From Adineta vaga (taxonomy: Eukaryota > Animalia > Rotifera), in the NCBI GenBank assembly GCA_021613535.1, contig CP075493.1:11842001-11906000 (forward strand): a DNA stretch of 64,000 nucleotides. Reading direction: 5' to 3'. Below the pieces are notes generated by a model, which was not told the DNA's origin, searched no databases, and was given only the letters and a program-made list of their open reading frames with translations. Shown piece by piece: positions 51,724 through 64,000 of the stretch (the first letter of the stretch is position 1; each line of letters starts with the position of its first letter). Both the position numbers and the translations under genes were made by a program.

Positions 51724-53802
51724 TTAATTTGGACAGAAACCAGTACCTTGGTTTGAGCACGCACGTAATTCAATATCATCAAGAACGATATCATTTCCAA
51801 GTCCGCCTGGAGCATCCGAAATCATCAATAAAATCACTGTACTACTTGGTGCTACGAATGAAAGACCATACTTTTTCCAGGTCAGCACAGGGCTTACTAA
51901 AACGTTGCCGGAAGACATTTGAGCAAGTAAAGGATTTTCAGCAGCAGGACTTCGAACTTCGAATCGAACATTTGGTTCGATTCGGTCAGGTCCTTTGCAG
52001 ATATTAGCCAAGTAAACAGAAAGCTCATATCGTAGACCAACGCATAGATTTCTGACGGTACTGTTATAGAACTGTCCAGGGCTAATGTCTGCATTGACCA
52101 AGAACATATATCCACCAGTATTTCCTGTATGATCCGTTGCACCAGTATGCCATGTATCGTTAAAATCATCATGAATGGAATTGATAAAACTGAACATACC
52201 ATCATTTGTAACAGGTTCAAATCGTTGTGTATATGTTGTACTGAAATTGAAGTCTGCAGTTGTTTTGGTAGAATATTGATCTGGACCACTTCCAAAGGTG
52301 ATTGAAAAAATAGGATTTCCAACGAGAGTATCATTATCATAACACAATCCAAAAGATTCTTCAAGAATAAACAACAAAACAGATGAGTGCTAGTCATATA
52401 AAATCTTTTCAAGATTTAATACATACGGATTTCACAAGTGGCACCAGTGAAACCATCTATACATGCACAAATGTCTTGGTTAATACATGTGCCATTGTTC
52501 TGACATGCTGGAACGCAGCTAACTAAAATAATACAACACTTTTTATTTTAATCGTCTATGTTACTCGTGAGAACTGTCAACAGTAAATACGCTATGACGC
52601 AGAATTAAACTATATATAAGCAAAACTTTCACAGTTATGTTTACATCTCAGTTTGTATTGTAATGAATGAAGGTAAATTCTTTTAAACAGATTTCTCAAT
52701 TCAGCTTTTTCGTTTTTCTGTTCCACTCGTAGTTAGTCTCAAGATGTAAAGGCATACTCACTGGAACAAACATGATCGTCGTTACAATAATCGCTGATAC
52801 AATCGGATGCATGATAACAGTACTGAGTATTTTCACATTTTTGACAATGTGGACCACCGCAGTCGATATCGGTTTCATTTTGATTTTGAATTCTGTCGTC
52901 ACATGTGGCAAATGCTACAAGAACATCATATTCCATCTGTTAAATCGAATAAATTCTACAATACTTACGAATACATCTATTATATTCACAGACATAACTC
53001 AAACAATCATAGTAAGTTTCGCAATTTCTTCCGTTTTCACATTTAGGGCAATGCGGACCACCACAGTCCATGTCAGTTTCATTTTGATTTTGTATTCTGT
53101 CGGTACACGTGGCAAAAGCTACAAAAATATCGTATCTCATATGTCATATCGGACACATTTTGTAACACTCACGGATACATCTATGATCGTCACAGACATC
53201 ACTGGTACAATCATAGTTAGCCTTACAATTTCTTCCGTTTTCACATTTAGGGCAATGCGGACCACCACAGTCCATATCAGTCTCATTTTGATTTTGCATT
53301 CTGTCGTCACATGTGGCAAATGCTAAAACAACATACAACACCTATCAGAACTAACGCATTCTGGAATACTCACGAATACATTTATGATCTTCACAGACAT
53401 CACTCACGCAATCACATTTAGTCTTACAATTTCTTCCATTTTCACATTTTTCACACATTCGACCACCACAATCAACATCACTTTCCATTCCATTCTTCAT
53501 ACCATCTGTACAATTTGGTTCTAAAAATAATCACATCATGAAAGTACACTTAGATACTGTACGAATAACATACCTTTGCTTTTCCATGGTGCATGTTCTT
53601 CTGAACTCGATGAATCAATGGAAATCACTACTTTACTTTCAATCGGAATCACGTACCAACAACAACAAAAGATCAATCCACATGCCCATGCATAGCTGTA
53701 AGAGAAAGACAAAACATACAAAACATCTATAATTCTTGTTCTTTTTTCTCTCGCATATCGCAGCGTCATCAACACTGTGCAGATGACACAACGATTCCAC
53801 AT
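51724..53802 (-). CDS. Secreted protein: four Cys-rich ETDxDCGG repeats, EGF domain and bacterial-like C-terminal beta domain (start codon uncertain)
   Basis: Hydrophobic leader YAWACGLIFCCCWYV, four ~150-nt repeat exons, EGF exon CVPACQNNGTCINQDICACIDGFTGATCE, and last exon WHTGATDHTGNTGGYMFLVNA...GNDIVLDDIELRAC. Confidence 0.8.
52761..53521 (-). repeat. Tandem exon+intron duplication, ~200-207 bp period, 4 units
   Basis: Repeated DNA such as caatttcttccgttttcacatttagggcaatgcggaccaccacagtcca at ~53022 and ~53226, with related copies at ~52830 and ~53427. Confidence 0.9.
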
Positions 53803-55749
53803 TTAAAGAGTTCCAGCAATCACACTCAATCAATAGTTCATTATAGTTATACATTACCTCGATACAAGATGCATCGTTCAAAAGTTAATTCTAATTCAAT
53901 CAATAGAGTGCTGATATATTCAGACAAAAATTTAATCTACAAACAAATATCACATTCATTTCAATTATGGAAATAAGAGTAACATACGTTTGGGAAGTAA
54001 TCATCTTCATATGAGACTGCAAATCAATCAGTTCAAGTTTATAAGTCTATCTAACAACGAATGCTGGTCGTGTGAACTAATCCGATCGAATATAGTTTTG
54101 TACTGTGAAAAGAACTGGAACCTATCTTCTTGAAAATTATTGATGAGCTAACAATTGTATCCTGAAAATTCTCAGGGATATTCACCATGGGTGTTTTATG
54201 CGTTCTTCAGTGAATTTCACACATGCAGTATGAGGAGATCATAACTACCTTAATATCAATATACTAGGCACCAGATGTCGAAAATCAAATACCAAGGTAT
54301 CCTAAAGGATGATCAATGGAAGTCAACTCACTTTTATATCACATATTCTACATACAATCAATGGCTTCTTTACGCTAAAACTGACCTATATATTGAACAA
54401 GTTGAGATATATGAGTTGATTTAGAGTATTCATGTCGTTAACTTTACCTATTAGGTGAGTACCGAACCAAAACATTCCAAAACGAAGGTGACTGCGAAAA
54501 TCAGAGTAAAAGAGAGCGTACCGGTGCGCACCGTTCTAACATACGTTTGATACCCATACTGATCTTCAAGAAAGTCCTTATTCTGTAATATTATAATCTG
54601 TTAAAATTTTGGGTATCTGATGTGATGGGATTATGACATCACCCCTATGAAAAATCCCTCAAATGCGTATCGAACATACCTTGCAGAACTCTTCTATACC
54701 AAACACTGTTCAGAACCCTATTGATCTCATCATCGTTCACTGAAGATCCTCTCAATTGATCGAAAACTGAACTGATTAATGTGCCTTTCAAATTCATCGT
54801 TATACCTCGTTATTGCTTCCATACTAATGATAAATAGAGTAAAACTGAAGCTTTTCTCGTCAACTTATAAGAACATTCAACTCATTTTTATAACTTCACT
54901 TATTTACCGAACATAATAATACAACATCTTATTTTCTCCGGTGACAAAATAAATTCAACACTTTGTTCGTTATTTCGTTTCTCAATTGGCCAACCGAAGC
55001 AATAAATCAGGCAAAAGAGTTTTTATGGTTGCATTAAAATAAACAGCCAGAAAAAGAAAAATAACTATCGAAACAGCCATCTTTGCAATTGTATTTTTCA
55101 AACATAAAAAATAGTATTTAACTTAGTGGAATATATCCTTTTCTGCGATGTTGAGCATTGCGGAATCAGTTTCTACCTCGTTTCCGGAATTTCATCATTC
55201 AGCTACAAGCGAGATGTATTGAATTTTGATCGACTTCCACGTAATATCGGCTAATTTCTGAATCTGTAGAAATTTCGGAATTCCTAAATAAAATCACGTC
55301 TCCTCCCACATCCTTATAGTTGAAAGAACATTTCGATTAGAAAAATGAGTAATTTTATTTTTAAATTTGATTGCGCTGTCGATGGCAAAAAGAAATTATT
55401 TTTGAAGCCCTACAGAATCACGAACACACAAATTTGTACGTACCGACATTAACCTTCGTATAAGAAGATTTGATTCATTATTGTTGGAAGCGAACGAAAA
55501 CAACATAAAGTTGTTTATACATTTCTTGATAAATTAACGAAGATTTTCAAGTGAGTCCACTCTCATAGTCATTCGATGGAACATGCTTGAAATTCAGAAC
55601 ACTCCTCATTAGTACTAACACAAGCATCACAACAGAACTGAAGTTTATATACAAAAAACAACAGCCATTTCTCTTAATTCTGTACATTTAAAAAATGACA
55701 TTTCATTCTTATTGCCTTTCTAGTTTCTCAATACTATTATCTTCAGATA

Positions 55750-56510
55750 ATGCATCTCCTGTCCAGGTAAAGGAAAATGAACGAACCATTCATATTTATA
55801 TCGGACAGTTTCAAAATTTTCTCGTTCTTATACAGTTATGCATGGCCGTTTTGGTTGATCTTTTTCTGTTGTTGGTATGCAAATGGAACTGCAGGTCGAA
55901 TAGTGATTTCGATTGAATCATCAAATTCAAAAGAAAGTGTCTCATCAAACAACAAAGGTATGTTTTCAACTGAGTCTAGGTCTGAGAATACATCTTAGTA
56001 TAGATAAATGAGTGGAGATAACCATTTTTATCATTCGATACCAATAGTTGGCTTCATTGATCAAGTACATATATTTGCGTCATTGAAGTTGTCTTGAATA
56101 AATATAGTACATACACAAGTATGTGTAATGATCTCATTTTTTCTAGGATCATAGTGTTCAGATGAAATCAAAAATGGAGATGAAACCGACGTTTATTGCG
56201 GTGATCCTGAATGTTCAAAATGTGTCGATGCAAAACTGTGCAAGAGAAGGTGCGATTGTCTCAGTGATAAATGTGAAAATAATAAATGTCTTCGTGAGTA
56301 TTTAGTGCGTTGAATAGAAACTATATCGGTATGGTTTATTCATTTTGTTTTTGCAGCATTCATTTTATGTCATAACAAGAGTAGAAATGGAGATGAAACA
56401 GATACTGATTGTAGTGGTCGCATGTGTCCAAAATGTAAAGAGAGACAAATGTGTAGACAATCATTGGATTGCATGACCAATTATTGCAACGACAATCATA
56501 TTTGTTCGTG
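55750..56510 (+). pseudogene. Inverted, truncated paralog of the 51724-53802 gene
   Basis: Spliced MHLLSSYAWPFWLIFFCCWYANGTAGRIVISIESS, then two repeat exons (NGDETDVYCGD; NGDETDTDCSG). In-frame TAG at ~56152; no EGF or C-terminal exon seen. Confidence 0.75.
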
Positions 56511-56942
56511 TAAGTACTTAATTAATCAAATACTAAACATCTGTATGGGAGTGGAATTCGTTGTATTCAGCCCTGGCAGAGTTTATTTACAGAGTGAGCT
56601 AAAAGTATGATAATATTAAAGTGACTTGGGCTTTTATATTATCTTCCTTGATAGATAGTTACGTTGCAAGTCAACAGATAGCATATGCTAGCACTCTCAT
56701 TAAAGAAAATAAAAGCAGAAAAGATGATATGTATACTATCACTTAATTTCTAACCATACTAAAGTTCGATAAGGTGCGATATGCTTGTTGATGTTCACTG
56801 GCATCATCCTTGAAAAATCTTTGAAAGCAGCAAAATCGAATTTTATTCAAATTAACATTGAAAGTAATTTTACATGACAAAACTTATTAGCATTGAAGAT
56901 AGAATAGCATTTGAAAAATATTTATATATTCGGTTCTTATTT

Positions 56943-59900
56943 TTATAGTTGTTGTTGATACAATCGACTACGAAGTCGTCGAACAGTTTGTTTGAAGATT
57001 ACATTAAATTCTTCTTTATATTTTTTAGCTGTTAAAACAAAGATAAAAAAAGTCATCATCGATGGTATAAATGATATGAAATAACCCAGAAGAAATAGCC
57101 ATGGATCTCTTGATGATTTCATACATCCACTAATAAATGAAATAAGAAGACGTGGTAAACTTAATAATAATAATGCACATAAAGTAATTAAATGATGTTT
57201 ATATTGATAGAATTGTTGCTGTAAATGTTCTCTAAATGTATTTTGAGATTGAATTCTTGAACGAGTACGTGCCATTAATAAAATAATAAGAAATATTGAT
57301 ATTAAATTAATTGAAAAAGGCATAAGAAAATGAAATAAATTCATGAATTGATTAAATGTATTGATTGAAGAAGAATATTGAACATTACACCAAATTCGTT
57401 GTTCATCAATATCAATATCATCAATTAAACGACGATGAATAGGATCTTGAATGTGCGTCAAAATTATCATAAGAAATACACATACAGTTATCCATTTCGC
57501 TGTTTTTTTACTTTTTGTTTGATTAAATTTGGTACCTTGATATACAGTAAATACTCGTTCAATAGAAACACATCCATAAAGCCAATCATTTGTTGAAATT
57601 AAAACATTAACAATCATATCTAATACAACACAATTAAATTTCAAATATGATCGATTAGTTAAAAATAACATATGTGATAGAATTAAATGCCAAAATTTCA
57701 AATAAAATAAAATAATTAAACATAACGAATTCCATGATGAAACTAATAAATACACAGCACAACCAATATTGTTGATTTTTTCCGTACGAAATGTTATAAT
57801 TGATAGTACTCCATTAATTAAACCAAAAAGAAGCATCAATGTTGTCATAAAAATACTTATTTTAATGATAAATAATTGTTCATGTATTGGAATATTTTGT
57901 TGAATATGAGGACCAATAATTGAATCAAGTGAAAAAACAAAACTTTCCGTTGAAAATTGACATTTCGTACCATAATAACATTCGGGACATGCGCAGACTG
58001 ATTTTATTGGACATTTCGGATCATCTTGAAAACAGAGACCATTATTTTCACATATATTTTCACCACGACAATCATATGATAACGAAGTATTAAATGTAAA
58101 ACAATTCGAAAATCGATTAATATCACATATACACATATATCTTTCATCATAAAAACACTTCAGATGTAAATGTTGTCGACATAATGATGGATAATATTTA
58201 ACTCGATGTAGAAATGAAGAGTTTAAAAAAGTAATATTCATTAATTCATGTATCTTTAAACATCGATGATTTGATATTACCTTCGTTCGAATATGTTCCG
58301 ATTCAATAAATTTCTCTCGTAAAACTACTAAATAATACGTATGATCAATTAATTCAATAAATACAATATGAAATGCATGTTTGATATAGACGGTAATGAT
58401 ATTTTGTCCAATACGAATCTTTTTTAAAGATGTTGTGTGTTGATGAGCATAAATTTCATTGATTGTAATAAAATGAACATAGATAAATGGCATAAGATTA
58501 ATTTTATCATTATCAAATTCAATATCAATACGATTCTTATAATATTCACATGTTAATCCATAGAAATTTTCTTTACATAAACAAATAAATTTATCTAATC
58601 CAATACGATCATCAACAGGTGCACATAGGCCATTATTTTGACAAGGATTTATTTGACAACTCGAATGATTTAAATAACATTTTGAACCAAATTTATTCAA
58701 TGGACAAATACAGATCGATGGTGATAGACAAATAGAATCTGGTGAACAAGAACAATGATGTTGAATATCACATAATAAACCAGAATATCCTCGATTACAT
58801 CGACAAAAATATGAGGAATTTCTATTGATATATTCAATACAATGACCATGTTGACCACAAGATAAAGGACATATTTTTGAAATCATTAATGTATTTGGTA
58901 GGAATAAATGACTTGCAATTCGACTAACAGGTAGAAATTGAAATGGTATCGATAGATGCCAACTTGCTAGATATGTTAAGGAGATTTTATTATATAAATC
59001 AATATGTATTGAATAATTCGCTGAAAGATTCTTTGGTTTAGTTGGATAGAGTAAATAAATATTGTATTTTCTACCGCAATCATTTTTTGGTACATATGTA
59101 ATTTGTTCATAATAAGGTATTATTTGTCTTTCCTCATCTAAGCATAATAACAATCTGAAAAATTGTATTCATGTAAACATCTGTACGATATTCGAATTGA
59201 AGTGTTAAACTAATACGTTGATTTTGCCATTGACATCGATCACCAAAGTAACTAGGTGGACATAAACATTTTGTTGTATTAATATTGTTGGACCGAACGA
59301 GAATTCCTCGATTACAAAACCAATATTTTTCATTTTGTTTTGGTGATTCGATAGTTGTTGGTTTTTCAATTTTAGAATTACTATCATTAGTTGATAATGT
59401 CGATGATATTAATTGTGATGGAAAATAACCCAAGTCAGATGATGTAAAAGTTAATTCTGATTGTATTTTAAGACTCGAATCACCGGATTGAAAAGGACAA
59501 AATTTTGTCCTAGTTAATAGTGCCCAAAGTATATGTTCCAAAATGCAATAATATCCATTTAAATTACATACATTGATCTGTGGCATGTAAGTTACAGAAT
59601 ATTCACATAATTCACGTATAGATAAACATGTCAGCGGCGAGATACATTGTACGTCACTAATATTTGTCATACTATATAAAGAGTTATTATGTTCTGTATG
59701 AAAGATTGTAATTGGAAGTAGTTTTTCCAATATATGCATTGTACGTTCACAAAATACGTTTGTTGATACTGTTTTAAAACATTGACCTTCACTCATTGTA
59801 TAGCGCATTCGAGGACAGTTCAATTCATCAGAAAGATCTTTACAATTCCGAAAAGTATTACACCGAGTATAAGGATTGTTACATGGCCAATACTCACAGT

Positions 59901-61647
59901 TTGTTTCATCCGTTTCATTTGCTTTCAATAGTAGTGGATGATTTATACCATCACATATAAGACCAATGGATACATATCCATTTAGAATATTTTGTTCAAC
60001 TTCACTCAGTTCATCTTCTTTATCTTTACATTCAGCTTTTCCATTGTGTAATGCTATGAGTGACAAACATTTGTTTGGTTCAGATTTACAACTAAATCGT
60101 TGCGAATCATTTAATTGACAAGTAGAAAATGTTTCATCTTCGTTGTAATAACAATCGGAATTACCATCGACGAGACGATGTTTTGAAATGCATTTCATGG
60201 ATAGCGGACAATAAAATAGAGATGAATGTGAACATGTTTGTTCGGTACCAGTTGCTGTACAACGAAAGTATAGTTTGTTCAAAACTTCATTCACGTCGTA
60301 ACTATTGGTCAATGATTCGTTAGTTATTTCCTTAGAATGAAAACAAACGAGTCCATTTGTTAATCCGATATCTGTAGAGTATTTGATCAATCCAGGACAA
60401 CTCTTTTTATAAAAACAAATAAAATCAGGGTTTTTAGAAAGAATAGCATCTTCAATTAGACTATTGGGTAGATAAATAAAATGAAACATAGAATATGCAT
60501 TAAATAATTCAACTTTAAAATACCATTTTGATAAGCATTCTTTGTTGGTGGATTCACAAAATATCAATGAGTAGATCGTGTTAGAATTTGTTAATGTTTG
60601 ATTTAAAATGCCTGTAATCAAGTTTAATGTGGGTTCAGATACTCCTGCTATGATTTCATGTGGAATATTTAACAATGAAGATTTCTGTGATAATGCCAGT
60701 TGTATATGTCGGCCATTGTTACAGAATCTGTTAGTTTCTATAGTTTCATGAAGAGGTATATATTGTCCATCACCACATTGAAAAGAATGATGAAATCGAG
60801 CAGTACGTTCTTCGCATCGAAATGTCGGAGCGCTGTAACAAAAAATTCCAAATATATCCTTGTGTTCTGCATGTATTTGTGTTTCATCTGTCGTATCAAG
60901 ACACTCGACATTATCACGTTCGTCTCGAACAAATGTCAACGGTATACATTCTCCACTATAATGGCATCGATAATGATCATCTGGACATATACTTACTTCC
61001 AATATTTGACAATATTGTTCATCTTCTCCATTAATACAATCCCATTTTCCATCACAAATTTCACGCCAATCAAGACACATTAATCTATATTTATATTGAC
61101 AATTAGTTAAAAATAAGTAACATGTACCAATATTGAAAGATGGTAGTGTATTTTTAAATACTGAACGTGCGATAAAATTCGATTGAACAATCTCATCAAA
61201 TGACAATGATAATTTATTTTCAAAACTATATTGACATTTCGAACCGAACCATGGGAATGAACAATTATGAAATATTTTCATTGGATCTGTATGATTTATT
61301 ATATAATGTTCAACTAGATCGATTGGTGCTTTCCAATTGAGTAATTGTTCACTTGTCACATTATCGTTATAGAGATCATTAAATGTAGTACTTTTGTATA
61401 TATTATTCGATGAAATAAATGACTCTTGGTCTTGTTCTTCATTATCCATTAATCTTCTACAATAAGGAATTAAATGATAAGTCGTGTCAGTAGAAGTAAT
61501 ACGATATTCGTCATCTTCTGTCAAATGAGCATAAAGGCAATCAAAACCGAAGTTAACTAATGATAATTCATCAGAATGATATACAGAATATCGTGTATTG
61601 AATATATTGATCGATATGAAAAATATCAGTAAAGATAATACCGTCAT
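56943..61647 (-). CDS. Giant receptor: signal peptide, LDLa repeats, EGF repeats, 7TM class A GPCR; single frameshift near 59140
   Basis: CLDWREICDGKWDCINGEDE LDLa, multiple CxCxxxYxGxxC EGF units, and a 7TM region with CVSIERV. Two adjoining ORFs (837 and 736 aa). Confidence 0.9.
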
Positions 61648-63695
61648 ATTTTATGAAAATAATATCAATTAACTGAAGTTTTTGGACTTTTTTTAATTAT
61701 TTAATAGGCCAGAATGTGTTTTATGTAACAAGTATACAATGCATTTTAGCATTTCCGTCTATGATGAGCGCTAAAACTGTGATTTAAAAATATTATGGCA
61801 TACAAATTAATTCTTGATTATATTAATTAAATGAAATTGATTTATGAAATAATTATCTATCTTTAGCATGACATATTATTAGATATCAATTATTAATATA
61901 TTTCGTAATTGTGTTAGTTGTTTCCAACGTTAATATATACGACAGTTTTATTCTAATCGGATAATCTCCTATTTAGCGGAAAGTGAAAAACATCTGTTCT
62001 GTGTCACTCATTGACGTCAATTTATGTTCATTTTAACAACAATTACTCATTTTGTTTTATTTCCGTATCCATTAAACGACTTTGTCCTTTTAGTTTTTGT
62101 TGTAAGTCGTCACATGCATTATAATGCATAAAACTAATCGAGATAAAAGCCAGTTTATGTGCCTTTTTCCTATGGATTCAGTTCCTGCAAAAGCTATAGC
62201 GCCTGCATGCTTATCATGACTTTTTCCTGATTGACGATATTTTGATTTTTACAATTCATTTTACAATGAACAATTCACTCTTGAAAAGAATATATCGCAG
62301 TATAAAAGATTTGATTAACAATTGTTTGACATCGTGAATAAATATTCATACTTTTTGTTACGCATACTACCAATGGAAATAACCACGTGTAAAGTAATCA
62401 CATAATCACAATTCAATGAGAAAACACCCTAAAAGTCTTCACTTCAGAGGAAGATTGAGTACCAATGAATTACTGTCTAAGAAAAATATTTCCTTAGGAT
62501 TTAACTCAGTTAGTTAAATTCTAAGATGTAAACCCAATTTATCATGTATTGAATAATGGTAATATTAAACGAACCAATGATGTTGTTAAATCGAAAAGAC
62601 AGTTTGATACGTTTCCAGTAATTTCATATTGGTTACTGATAGTTTATTCATTCGAAAGATCATCTCAAATTTTAGTATTTGCAGTTGAGATATATGATTC
62701 ATAATCTATGTTACCCATTCCTTTCCACACCAATAGAAATCTTTTACTTTTAAAGTCAATCGAATCTAACTCGGCATACTCTTAAGTATGAGTATCAACA
62801 TTGATAATGATCTTTTATAGGACAATTTAAGTGTTAATATTGACGTATAGTGCAAACATTCGAATGATATGCAGCAGTCAGTTTTATAGCAAAATATTGA
62901 TGATTCTGTAGGATACTACTATGAGTTCTCACTAATCTAAGGACATTTTCTTCACAGTTAAAGATTCAAGATTGCGAAATTTTGATATTAGGAACGTAAT
63001 CTGACTAGTTCATTGAGCAGATCCATCAAAATAAAGATGTTTAAATAGACTCAAACTTCTATTTGAGTTCTGATCGTAAGAAAGATCAAATTGGATTAAG
63101 TAAGGTTTGATTGGAAACATTATATAATGATAGATGTGTATCTCAAATATGAATTGAAATAATTGGCTCAGTCAACAAGAGAAAATAATTTTTATAGAGC
63201 ATATTGTATTGAGCCATTAATAATGAACGAAAATCGAGTATACATAATTGATCGATGTGTTTTTAGAGAAGTGCATTGAAACGACTATTCCAACCATGAA
63301 AAGATTCAAGAAGATCAGCAATATTTAGATATGTGAAAATATCTAATAATAATTCGTTGACCAAATTTTCCAATGCTACTTTTTTTTTTATTTTGATACT
63401 TTGGTCTTGTCAACTCGTTGGGTAATATTGGATTGGTGTTATAGATAAAAATCCACGTTATAATTTATTTTTCCTGTAAGATAGCCAAAAAATTCTCTGA
63501 ATCATTTTCTAAAATAGATATGAAAGGAAAACAAAAATATATATAACAACAGCGTGGCGCAGTGAAAAAATGGGTGAGAGTGTGAGTTCGGTATGTATCT
63601 TATAGCAATTCTGCACCTACATACTCACATCATCACTCATCTTTATCAAGTTTATTATGCTTTTCTTCGCAGTTTCAAAACAAAAATATTCCCTT

Positions 63696-64000
63696 CTAAG
63701 AATCGAATTTAAAAGTTGATTTTATGAACTTTTTCAAGCGCATTCTTTTTGTAGAAATTCGACGAATAGTTTCTTCAAGATTGGTTCTATCTGGATGATC
63801 AATTGATAGTCGGGTTTTATAAATCGCTAGAGCTTGTTCATAGTAATCAAGAGCATTATTTTTCATTCCTTGATCTTGTAAAATAGTGCCAATTTTAGTT
63901 AGACTAGTAGCTGTCTTAAGGTGACCAGATGGGTATATATTATCTTCAACCATAAGTGCTCGTTTGTAGAAGTCATATGCTTCATCATAGTTTTCTTGAT
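63696..64000 (-). CDS. C-terminal TPR repeats of a gene starting beyond the window
   Basis: HLKTATSLTKIGTILQDQG...ALDYYEQALAIYKTRLSIDHPD, kinesin-light-chain-like TPR. Confidence 0.8.
   Translation of the reverse strand, partial: QENYDEAYDFYKRALMVEDNIYPSGHLKTATSLTKIGTILQDQGMKNNALDYYEQALAIYKTRLSIDHPDRTNLEETIRRISTKRMRLKKFIKSTFKFDS

Noticed and set aside
52761-53521. Regularly spaced repeats suggestive of a CRISPR array or satellite
   Set aside because: Units are ~200-bp duplicated coding exons with GT-AG introns; no short repeat-spacer structure or cas genes.
54000-55400. Slightly more GC-rich spacer, possible transposon or ribozyme remnant
   Set aside because: No terminal repeats, TE protein motifs or complete hammerhead core could be identified by eye.
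60129-61083. Antisense and alternate-frame ORFs in the track (also within the NRPS, SLC22 and PARP genes)
   Set aside because: Shadows of the main coding frames with no independent motifs.

Overview
AT-rich eukaryotic genomic DNA with short (~50-80 nt) spliceosomal introns. The gene content points to a bdelloid rotifer (Adineta/Rotaria-like), by inference: divergent class A GPCRs, a giant LDLa/EGF-7TM receptor, ART-TPR proteins, F-box proteins and several bacterial- or fungal-looking genes. About 25 genes or gene remnants are recognisable. The standout is an intact, two-intron, ~1312-aa single-module NRPS with A-T-(TM/beta-helix)x3 architecture (38528-42565). This is the epsilon-poly-L-lysine / poly-ornithine synthetase (Pls/PosA) family, here in an apparently animal genome. 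Other notable items are a PARP1 gene whose WGR motif can only be rebuilt through a non-canonical AT-AA intron, a multi-RRM/CCCH/pseudokinase fusion, a secreted bacterial-type M23 peptidase, an intron-bearing alphaproteobacterial-type GFA gene, a 2OG-oxygenase/F-box fusion and a possibly domesticated LINE ORF1 RRM gene. Many genes are frameshifted or carry nonsense codons. All calls come from manual motif reading; no database searches were run.
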